A model generated the notes under the pieces. The model did no database searches and had not been told where the DNA came from. It saw nothing but the letters and a program-made list of their open reading frames with translations. Position numbers and translations under genes: made by a program. 64,000 nt of DNA from Clostridia bacterium (lineage in GTDB: Bacteria > Bacillota > Clostridia > Christensenellales > DTU072): contig JAZRZM010000004.1 in the NCBI GenBank assembly GCA_045601385.1, positions 69,351-133,350 of the forward strand, in the 5' to 3' direction. Shown one piece after another: positions 61,801-64,000 of this stretch (position 1 is its first letter; the number at the start of each line of letters is the position of its first letter).

Positions 61801-64000
61801 CCATCGTTATTTCGTCCAACAACTTCAATAACATTTCCGTTACCGTAAAACTGGACGAAAGTAACCGTATTTCGATTGCCATTCCCGAAAACGGGCTTGC
61901 CCTGAAATTCAATATCGGCGTCGGACAAGGCGTCAATAAGAAAGACAAGTCCTTCTTCGAGGTTGCCGAACTTAACATCCCCGATCTTAACGAATTCGGC
62001 GGACTGAACGGCATCTTTATGGCGGAAAGCGGTCTGAAATTGGAGACGAACGACCTCGTCAACGCGATTATCGACAACCTGTGGGTGGACGGTCTGACGT
62101 TGAGTCTGGAAAGCCGCACCGACTATTGGAACAGAAAGGATCTGTACTCCTGGTATCCGAAAGTCAACGCCGATACGGGTCCGTTCTCGTACGCCGACGA
62201 CGACGCAGGGTACGACGGTACCGACGCGGAGATGTTCTCCAATATCATCAAAGCCATCAATATCATTATCGAAGCGGTCAAACTGATTGTGGCAATCGCG
62301 AAACTCGCTTCCTGGAACCCGTCCGGGTTATTGGATCTATATGACACAATCAAAGGTTTGTACGACGGTATCAAGAGTATAACGGGGCAACTGGATTCTT
62401 CTTATCTGAACTACCCGAAACTGCACCGTAATACGTATTCGAGAGCCAAACTCGTCGTACAAAAGACGAACAGCAACGTAATCGACGCCGTGCTGACGGC
62501 ACCGTCGTACAAGAGCGGCAAGGGCGATATTTCGGCACACGTGGAGCACCACTTCTTAGCGGTGGCGGTCACGTGCGAACTGTCTCTCAATCTGTTCGGG
62601 CTGTTCACGCTTGACTTCGGGACCATCCTCGGTGGAAAACTGCTCGGGACGCTCCTTGCCAAGGACAATATTAAAGCCGATCCCGGACCGTCCTTTGAAA
62701 GTAACGGTCTGATTCTGCCCGTCACGCTTTTCCCGGATAACATGATGGAGACGGCGCAAGAGACCGTTCAAGGTATGGGCGCGGTCGGACGTATGTACGG
62801 TACCGTACACGACACAGAGGGCAATCCCATACCGGGCGCAACCGTGACTTACACGGCGACGAGCGCGGAAAGTCTGTTATTGGGACAGACCGATAGCGAA
62901 AGCAAGGCGATATATCAGGCCGTCACCGATAAGGACGGACGGTATTACTTCCTCGAAATCGAAGTGACCGCGCACGCCGATATCGGCGATAAATATCTCA
63001 TTCGCACGCTGGATAAGGCGCTGTTGCAACACCTTAACGCGGTGCAAAACACGACGACCTGGACGGGCGACAAAAGCGATAGCGACCTGAACGAACAAGC
63101 GACCGAACTTCGCGAAGAATTGGAACGCGGTATCGACCTCGGAACGGGAAGAAAACTGAAACTCGAAGCGGGCCCCGCTTTCGAAGGCGTTTATCCCGAC
63201 GGAAAAACCTATACCGGCGCGTACAGTAACGGACTGAAAGCGGACGACTTTGTGTTCGATTACGGCGGTGTAAAATATCGCTATCTGGGTAACGGATATT
63301 ATTACTACGAAAACGCGAAAGGTACCCTGAACGTGTCGAAAGCCGGTTACAGCACCGACAGCCGTGACGGTATCATTATTACGCCGAAAGAGGGTAATCT
63401 TGCGAGAATGTACGACTGCATTTTGCAAGACTGCCGCGAAAGCGGTTCGCAGGACATTCTGCTTACCGGTATGACGGTCGCTTCGTGGAAAAACAGCGAA
63501 AGCGATTATTCCTCCCTTTCGACGGCGGAACTTCGCTCCAAACTGACTTCGCTTTCCAAAAACGATAAGATAGGCGACGTCAAGATTATTTACAATCAAG
63601 GCGAACAGGTTGCGTACAGCGGAAGCGAAGACGAATTCCGCGGGTTGTTCGGCTTTAATCTGACCGAATATACCGCAGTGCGTCAGGCGGTCAACGCGGG
63701 GACGGCGGGACGGAATATGTACCATTCGTTTGATATCAAAGCGGACGGTTATGAAAAACGCGGCTTTGTCGTTCATTACGAAGCGCCGGGAACGGACAGT
63801 TGGCGTTACTATAATTCGAGCGATATGCAAGGCGTCGATACGAGAATAAAAGAAATCTGCGAACTTGACGGAACGGATAAAGTCAATATCACGATGTACG
63901 TCATTCTGAAAAAGAGCGCCGCAACCCAATTAAAGATAACGGGCAACGTGTTTACGTACGAAGAAGTCGCCGTTCTGCCCAAGTCCGCGGTGGACGGAGA
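37764..64000 (+). CDS. Giant orphan lipoprotein, 3'-partial (at least 8,745 codons in window)
   Basis: ATG 37764 is preceded by an in-frame TGA (37758-37760) and GGAG (37753-37756). I read the frame by eye and spot-checked it at 46020, 53040, 62880, 63921 and 63960, and it stays open to nt 64000. The track lists no plus frame-0 ORF here, which is expected only if the ORF has no in-window stop. All long minus-strand ORFs are codon-aligned antisense to it. Confidence 0.9.
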   Translation, partial: MKNKYLKFAILVLCLVLAFCVAACSEREEEQEIDIGGEDVEQEVLYESTNKAGAFAAVKSAMAYMEASTAYDSPDWFSVSTVLNFTYHAYNQASSGKYLPDSVKKKAEFSLSVLANINLVDNSRSVVFLELNEAETRFTVFGLYYYQSAVYLNVFGKKYYADELNMTTVGNALMTALAIGTEDETNIVRIGGNFFQAILPSIMIGAIDLNSVAGIAWDILFESYGIRYSEEKVDYEELVDGVKQTVSKPRYMYVEEFFKLNWLMDMVCMGKIELRSIVSIDIGWEAFGLPNFDPIMKDILGFNLHDIMTKDWPTMSCPFYAVAELQPVTEEGEGSSGYAYVFNGLGIGVTAADGEFDVRLEITPFRFGPVADAQIKEKGAEIDLSEYSVGTAGKNKVYSKGSFANIEANFRMGVESPEGDRITVSDMLGGLLDLGGIGEIPIVLQEGASYIFDVKLAAALDLFNNAGNFLQLTYRYNRKEVLSVYLAPEFDQVTIGDKTFTPTSIYFDTSHLTSGGAEFFPNTKQTNIDFTERVTGLLGSDLMAYLDPYVSSSASRNAAQNADGDEEEGGLDVMAIIAMLIERNESGDGYKYLELPKRDGEHFLKVQFDNSGLNRVLSMIMPTVRFVDDGEEGFYENGIGLKGVTLSIDFTRPFDSIALTVDFTENTSMYVGIGSHNEDGSYNTGLSYFSRPAFEMEALGLNSSLTVDNKDQETAARALRGAYRDLDKNLSYTATMTGSVKVGSHDNTSINLDSLVALVSESLIASFGIATGSEMNIGYELQLGVVLTDMSQTALILDLYFMDKDNVRVHAQAPFVELYYRGAADTLYVNTQVDPDNDMVSQLHEFLNVTNVLTGSIPKFAIDNLGLSTALGAIRLDISDLYSAIGVVTEKASNAAFYIGKDALTTTENSDYVEVMPSNAGLDVMSLIGQAITSVSVTDGLLGVIVNEQVLNAVITMLDIGINGGLPGIKASVGLQIGTEYAKTETGETYYKQTNGNIYYVKFDPEQEKEIVYDADGNATELPVTSLELNPVLKDKEFAEVHFGLIDSNEGLVESFYFNWILIDTINITRTNSVSPKGSFSTTDYGSFQEWIDALNVSLNVETEFIVKANAEQFAWAQVYQLLTETGLASGMNSTITSVLQTAVIRLTSTLFDSTDSETALGGLQIGLAVRGTACLQDLFKSELAVVIFDKRVRSAGGYTANDGISYQVLLGVYLKDGEGILDLTYFDIDLLKINDVKSTYQGIIAGMWDSYVNAGKSDSVSPENHFTSGNNFVRGVMQQEILSYFFSEQYDKYNQGYFAKTYSTTRYKYMTLTDGYIYLYETSRLSAYFTYTADDNELRLLPNYSYYLISSDGTISVYEAGRAGARAEITPLMRDGAYYRIDVYDIENKMLTNNYGQSSYNEALFDAMLKSEAYSLFDTRQEKFSQNWKATYNKASEAVKIYMDEQKQATIDELKNFLTLSFKASADYTTRLADVASEAAYKTRETYPAYEYTTLRVLQATAEYKRIYAEMSAEMVEDEVNDLYNNYNQSQLFSFLGSSGGSLSDDYLNAVTWYRIYRNADISPIAVYNAAVFDVYEYYAKNAPIDIHVASNAEVSDAGKIALQMNYNKGRITLGLAEEVINAFFLTLHINFGGYRVFRSFDAEIDLTDGVGASVAINIFDVYNVSVGILSLRASLDENDSTSYYKVTLPTDESGAAVEGVPSAVRVKAEAYINMLNKLATNNTGEESIYDLSDLLTLLLTNSEFVLADLKDYYKKTESSFADTKSDEAVIAIKATAFRSLQEETDTRTSEAKTAELEKYVAQAWEDIVTGSADGKYKGAAEFSNQHYALAWDKLEGSSVRIHMDELQLDVLLEFLEEMDDSLHIYADLWFNMNNLYASSLKVTVTKEVLGEFEEAVAVDELRYDPTDIKQYYIGQSIPEGRFYTLSDGKYTLHKSINENTRETYKFAAGETYYIRKEATVLAVLYDGSEVTSTSEFAGKVYLTSGIFGLGNVMMQDVTGAVESIYSALDINFMSNISDTVRDFFGMAEKAQSAAPSNASSQNAATDLHTYLDILFNEKQFAVQLLKTSLITLVYVLADGDIADAIADLDFGLSVGIDYGENDFGLGVEVDFANNEIRAQNFREDESGKVQDTTAISLGVRGINVGFASDRNELAGVTTDLAVPETADGGEYITMEEFSKIGLALGGYLKIKMTETETDVDKPEGQADFNFDYAVNIFSRYWLERSLDLGFQADIPDYTDIEEEIYLDIKGNINLQTLSSLKDIGLYISMTSRSQREIYDLAYMRARREEMMKVLADCDNNYQEAWMTYSTMLRSGAQGGNTVDPIYKRLQYDYQTYLIMNDITKYLRTAYAGLTDEEYYEKYWNELYGQCGDYYLGDILGMYVELDKEGRGYIYIDLGFLNVEPIVIDDVSEVVKQVAKTFGIDWRTVFFPGELKAQNVAFGENNEVSVPSVGALCNAATDSDPFGVVANQILIALNTKQYQQFLLVSATSAAIYSVFSVLGNSGTQKYFGDVQPSEDDDYYLPHYSPNLSVNLEDWDEQSETYKLVNVELALDNFLTFSLGIDNPTLDVARGAQFITVREKIIGEDNIYSDYYTSIDDLWVQKPEVKLNMEGQLLIAAQGENEDSEVSGTINLGKLIRSIVGDDFPIDVMIETLETIDADLFFTLEVKLNILKMLNTLTSLDAIGGVGDVFGLLNGMGLEAYIEITSREHDDSGLIVANNVLMGIYLIEEGPTTNRYLSLYIDFSVFHISPIKITNLASVGADLFENIEKIMSGGDAENAAGDLGKQERVMDMLRLYTGVTASEQAALFNAASDEEKAQAWDGKAVENYLLLTIGNGYGITMTAVAAVLVEVLDQLFNDDKNIATRAFEGMAEDRITASYKEQIDLLEGIAATMESLVEGSVEDAWDNLTADTAQYLTVEEKEKAQKVYRMITDSNYYGLTESEMKEMAWYAYYWDIVGVSYLQIIQIFGETNAQRFVNMTGFASKVSVSEDYAGRLEAVKYGAESSTLLDESTFAIAAEYADYYISAAAFDKLYWHVDGLVSVLIESKQTATQAGGTKKTEEINNDAFMLFRNNPNLSVEDKEAYTAVYENYRRTAATDIIAGSKAWEQAYNEITAMQDALLAAMKYTNNYAVSSLGLEIQPFLLVADKYDVSNEYTAVSVIVGQNVPNGLYYKSGEEYVEATGLFVRDLQYYVKTFSPAWKAMAWDYLEKKGLIAEDTLTQYRLNERNRALRNARGTVVESNIYPYVWEKYVSEVSTATLNGTQDGYLVRKQTKYSVTLSGGEYSETHSDTLVDGMSVWYLETVDSVLPDVLTGANEDSYYTKAYSAMPELIIDTANGVGTVELGLFNEGNLLSLLLAVANFNIKIKFVQANIAFSNDKTGLIRKEYEIVSDDVGLSAEQEIVEESVSDYIAEKDEEGFFISIDSDFGYVYTKLELNFSFNADETSYDMGNLIQTVMSGFGGNFSINGYDISANVLIDILSEISKNYCLTIEARVNVFNLMKDIEKGLSTIDFAITLNPILSDGITVNYDDDIIQIVLGSLSESESFVFVDLSRFNIQKLYIRNAINYVRNLLMANNLGPAFFDPYGEESMAAIIEDVFLYSYFASAANAEEGDEEYVDLSVLLQERGLSTAIGSMAIFAFLDMLNMSALEDFLGASGDLGIDLAIFSLAEDINITADWDDSDRDLIRLGVSYDSLDANNVTSGNGISLDFSIHNMQLDLDQTKRILGVTVGDATEESEEIAEARQSLEEALGLTRNSEGDLVAIHKEDGKVYYTYYDEYKGQTIRTTDVDEADVARIAEIDDDLPNIVVHTTIYITANLKKLAGTDLNKSPISDLLDTFGSGLPVGSGLSDLLGSLMLYIADDHMVTFALDIDAEIELGNGQDSNYLAHIINGSVIRIRIRAWHTSDGQESDRVWATVTYQEGSLYVNATPINTDDGETPLKLVMYNVADMVFPSDAASVNAWTAIAEDWKAAVSGTSIGMNLNLEWKSTGFYALALRSAVVSLLNIFNLGGFDILPEIGAEVFIEANEIEDRFGVENDKVISFAIGVTAAIGETFYNNNDSSLLESGGLALTVGIRDFFVGFENFEEWGVTDGTSYVSIDELELVQVSTVLTMGLTDEEGRYTLAELLANVVDLASFGVTKEVYPMLDFMEDDSATLLVKVTARVNPSAFLDENGNLLDDLQAQIAISVQTDEGLRENIIVLSFVRGDVYIDLSKLNSSLGRVKIASVLDIVSSLTGSSAQGAGFPQDVRDTLLSIQEAFAGAENATQALSKAEVLNAVINLRFSGAQGLGLEVFYGSLYWFLKAFIDENIADTMELVAYVSNPSLSLGIDYNVDVKLNLNVPSTIYNDDELILLQQYMSQAKDYYGYNGLDVLLYNDIYKGYEEKTLNALREKLTISGLTYTYPDASVTSIGYATEILKKDFRLDLMQEVSEYVLINYPATDVIQTYKAALENAYDDLQNVWISGASGTDGTGYSTLKAVLLGMAHATATEKRAVLYALVDYMRAAAYDIKASSAYLTVAEDVIDAYDEMLSRYMSGEMSENTYYQGVLIPQVAAYGTKTTITVYDAVENIVRSTGLYKAVETTPSAEKVRDVNGWLDSALIVNGLTLRQWLTNLQSRYSYLDEDGCKVALFDMFAIELYSKPTKAEYGEYVDELYSMTDGKDQYAITDAIVAYYDDGKGFLADYLDEKFDYTANERIALQKLAAAYERGKVIVQDAWLVEIGKETSTTTTSEPPIEVHSAKYDEMMRSLKVKAWDAYRESMAEKSADERYTEGERNEAKRNYALSEFAYDNARIKVGEDDAELLKEAAFDNLQLYQSDYAAKLMESLVDGSTDGLLYTSWFEAVVYSYMDAATLTALADATFAANDPYAIRTILQSIPKSIREYNKTVGVMLTEVQEVALTYYLLTDTSEAYLFIAKNYSTPIETGKQTAVSMLQGVIDRVGKGFIDSLGKAILSGIVDEVNDATGTAYSVQSLTATEANEVVYAKYVGLIEKLFALTRAIDKGYDEWNISAESWDALVKGVDFDSYDNFDDFIAAAEAAIDAAADENLGYGVRKSSKDTKYFRTVMQDIYDIYKEQYATILSEGDEELNMLLAQLFDGAMTINAFAQKYDSSDANKQLQTATNIAYRIAGSALGSTAYPFTVNMYVYPAALAFAQTKRNGAQGTADAVVKATQYLNKAGTSDDSPVLDYFNNDILVYAVAYGALLADDHVADAVKRQAIEYYNLYTEEKYTVDSYKLTADAFDDLASSDYFVSGMSTANKALAKVVEYRYDILDGGLAFKNEVYRKAFELLLRYSASADRYEELQNVRNSVIFEYLYVNDEKTRVEMKDTITDAAQTVIAGIMKAISGEKSYYSADNIDIFMMLYDEFATAIGALYDNLKYDLDGANAVASLFETVKESLAQSVFEMKFTAEDYALAIDEVLAEREQGGVMHETTGVYKDIINTFIDAIECIADYAETLEYYAESMLDSYAGTTAADALVKAGYDDLLNYIRGVEAAYKGAVEQFVLDNYRSATHYSNKTVKQLIDNIAIPDAKSLLNTQWYNSEVYSIDSGLLKTESSQTLYYRSGSSVGEPNPPTPEGSEEISGTAKVTYVETYTVTMKVNVNAINYASVYGSSSLASIIGAQGVNLTGVKTYKKTTDTERVKDKKYYEKTAKEVTAKLVDQPIMSAMYVVNPGDATEYTQTSDLFYQDRQGYYYTFKTSNSTDMNSLYEVESHWIESEYAKTLTYQDGSTTMYSYAFKASAQNASSASQETSDNKDEAYAAEEAKWNDWVKSIRSGVVADLKGQYENDINNIITYIDGMKTKLNDYLSGITSAGLLASFADKIITSLNGWSYEKPEQKTLEVDARIPAGVYFEQKTVGADVFKTYEPTRDAVVSSGKIYYVKSPVSYSFGDENVKMQPLSDWIDYEAIGGLSFYKQYEQIEQMTYIAATSLTSDSGYNVGGDSVVTAKAVSGYLATLLEGKASAITPKEARSMLYLAYTDYKEGTGVSWMNNKFDITVGNQIIRKNMKELFDAFKQELSNLTIDKYSDKGYSATDSAAEELVKYGYEEAAGYSSRSLYGLFRDWFETNGYEEAFHEIIYNAVYNVISAEEAAILNRAFAETFGSREFRLGDYTTWMNTYREEEGQQLLAYFEDVVGQLNTVYSGYDSVATLTTVMGAQYTAFTNALASLLVNKYNSVWASENALDPSTSFAGVLEAIGALNAGVYKADSGLVRFAQQIGELPHETAAELRSVWATVINDIENAVFFVPMTTAMQQAYDAVIDAYYTLLFTAKPDGDGVADYYEEFVAGYLAGLDTAKIEGDKLFAQYASARYAEISAYMTGSVALMEDAAAFMGSKAAFDALSATQKMRILIDLQTRNAYGLNGVTNAVKGEFNVYSTMTSIYEYLIYRSEDYVSALVCEYDRFLSVSGNVALRTAAGLTDPALSASDREKATFILGIAQYIDGHIEDAVVTEQLHAWYGDAAQAQDARTSLFYLLHCVSEPETYMNLALWTRYFGSDREYYTEESVTVTANDPIPEEEGVWYVKNGDTGLETATGSFSGSAYKKFTRVTSYTVLPSTYYVLCDGFMAVAAGTPVQSGASYATFAPVSFGFCEEIDGDVYELAGGVYTLSMDNYADGKTVYYRLTPSVQGGSNVAGSNVYVKKSFFVEADEVYFASYRDAYSKAESKFAVVYKVDKIDTNSTAEEVARLLRDLTFTDDGEILDEYVGLLRENASEAMGTYLTDKNVISQAMFADFLAKEENAKTVADLGLSIGIRGQDTTIGAYDAKSTPTDVVTNPDDFVNFDEMQLYLSFGGFMEFGMDAGRSNVVPLINMLFSGLNMSEIYLEFLSTSVLGGSLQAEFALDMQKALSDDSNEVKESLTASLLMNYVLLRYDSTGEAGRFEQAIISIYISGGYVYAGVEIFDTNLKIALELDVVSLVRSLLGLAPSESDNAAAIEKIVEVFGSGSKLNPFAQLADAALTGNRAEGLQAILRMSSSEASLILSVDILLEAMRVIVKLIRGTDDPSESTTVAFVNSDNFVDFVNMVFTQGDLTIEYGNDFGLLLNIDNNKKLGGTGDNLAYSFTFGLLNDTKFSMGSANDQREDFFDVFTRNIGEKEGQGFFDDYYRSSFSVRDLINGNVPENYGVSEMLTDVLGTRLQVNLSLTMSSEVLKTVIDWSRLFDAMKTEGVEAYFFMKMMDNASGDIRLEISADIDISDIYFDVRLSGYNSDNVNIFNIYEMSGYLNTDEAQQMNPVFYFDMGEVGDEKYYVDGTQFYEFLDVNVIYVFLSLFGSTTATNYDNYIKRLMNVDSSNASGIMGSDSATDISEIDFGKVFDSLAIGEKTLGIRLSSAAVNTIIELLDSDWTFCDIGNIAVDIDFVDNSIALTFPLDVAVQDEDGNTLSDSKVSYGMKIGGLDIHIGEAVDFLGDGQSIQKKFRGYEEITDYVWISEVNSRFVINDDFNTLIDLSNVTSGLVEGFEMQLQSNEDQLDLELDFVLRTEVNFSDLSALSLELLIKSKAGNVILGITFEGAYNDGTIYLDLSGLGYPQVYLSNIDLGHYLKNMLGGILNGLTTGSDDEASSGAFNASGSTDNPIGADAQKAYQYNSIKDADFTANVLFLLYTQDIFNVAITGSLIYTLLDYVIEVPTFAPEFASLEIGYEKDEISGIRIVIDDHKQFNLNYSFRKSFSYMAPISKIKTNSNTEYDDARTHSISYSSDKKTYFAGFTAIDNIKNVFLGLNLEVIINTMDDEGHKSDVIVGFENMLEEMLGMAEGSVDLQCQDTYMKLDVSLQVAIDLRDFTKSVILIDIMYQDETFLGVYYVDGGTYIDLGALGLFRANANGVNLGAFLNGMVGDALGGMGITLDGEKGLDVRGLVQDILSLTAESPTETQTKTEEPDKTNVLLLAERDRLIAQYTANAQNGMYDDLDANEENLFKEEVRVALEALSAAYPGEMTNEMYASTQKAVYAAAGVRNEAQLVEEKTPAAIRLNLLLYNDSVTISPELAGIGDLLGMNLPELNSIVISSNNFNNISVTVKLDESNRISIAIPENGLALKFNIGVGQGVNKKDKSFFEVAELNIPDLNEFGGLNGIFMAESGLKLETNDLVNAIIDNLWVDGLTLSLESRTDYWNRKDLYSWYPKVNADTGPFSYADDDAGYDGTDAEMFSNIIKAINIIIEAVKLIVAIAKLASWNPSGLLDLYDTIKGLYDGIKSITGQLDSSYLNYPKLHRNTYSRAKLVVQKTNSNVIDAVLTAPSYKSGKGDISAHVEHHFLAVAVTCELSLNLFGLFTLDFGTILGGKLLGTLLAKDNIKADPGPSFESNGLILPVTLFPDNMMETAQETVQGMGAVGRMYGTVHDTEGNPIPGATVTYTATSAESLLLGQTDSESKAIYQAVTDKDGRYYFLEIEVTAHADIGDKYLIRTLDKALLQHLNAVQNTTTWTGDKSDSDLNEQATELREELERGIDLGTGRKLKLEAGPAFEGVYPDGKTYTGAYSNGLKADDFVFDYGGVKYRYLGNGYYYYENAKGTLNVSKAGYSTDSRDGIIITPKEGNLARMYDCILQDCRESGSQDILLTGMTVASWKNSESDYSSLSTAELRSKLTSLSKNDKIGDVKIIYNQGEQVAYSGSEDEFRGLFGFNLTEYTAVRQAVNAGTAGRNMYHSFDIKADGYEKRGFVVHYEAPGTDSWRYYNSSDMQGVDTRIKEICELDGTDKVNITMYVILKKSAATQLKITGNVFTYEEVAVLPKSAVDG
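62787..62970 (+). other. Carboxypeptidase-regulatory-like / Cna-B-like beta-sandwich domain within the giant protein
   Basis: GRMYGTVHDTEGNPIPGATVTYTA......LGQTDSES......VTDKDGRYYFLEIEV matches the G.V.D..G.PI.GA.V........TD..G.Y.F..L pattern of CarboxypepD_reg-type domains. Confidence 0.55.

Noticed and set aside
37716-63929. Many long minus-strand ORFs from the track (for example 796 aa at 46062-48452, 589 aa at 44247-46016, 555 aa at 53883-55550, 526 aa at 37716-39296).
   Set aside because: All are in the frame exactly complementary to plus frame 0. Their translations are R/F/V/D/H-rich with no recognisable motifs or RBSs. The plus frame reads as a coherent protein with a proper start, RBS, promoter and signal peptide. 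They are shadow ORFs of the giant gene.
1-64000. Searched by eye for CRISPR arrays, tRNA/rRNA genes, transposases, integrases and phage modules.
   Set aside because: I found no regularly spaced short repeats, no cloverleaf-like or rRNA-like segments, and no ORF with transposase, integrase or capsid motifs. The only repeats are the two families reported above.

Overview
The window looks like chromosomal DNA from a Firmicutes/Clostridia-type bacterium. Supporting signs are a CIRCE operator, DnaD/DnaI-type replication genes, a hisZ-type histidine operon and sigma-A-like promoters. The first 37.5 kb is mostly ordinary. It holds a tightly overlapping nine-cistron histidine operon on the minus strand, led by a small TrpR/YerC-like gene and containing a fused hisZ-hisG. 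It also holds galE, a ROK kinase, a SIS isomerase, phosphoesterases, an M20 peptidase, a partial amino-acid ABC system, serS, argH, argG and an LRR surface protein coupled to two paralogous polytopic membrane proteins. The remaining genes are a CIRCE-controlled hsp20, a 1115-aa Rad50/SbcC-like hook protein without recognisable ATPase motifs, dnaD/dnaI-like genes, a LOG/TIGR00725-like gene and a HAD hydrolase. The outstanding feature is missing from the supplied ORF track. From an ATG at 37764 (GGAG RBS, near-consensus promoter, lipoprotein signal peptide), plus-strand frame 0 stays open to the window end at 64000. That is at least 26,237 nt and 8,745 codons with no stop. All the long minus-strand ORFs listed over this region are codon-for-codon antisense shadows of it. 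The predicted giant lipoprotein has no obvious tandem repeats, carries a recurring degenerate strand-turn-strand motif, and shows only one domain I can recognise, near 62.8 kb. No rRNA, tRNA, CRISPR array or transposase was recognised.
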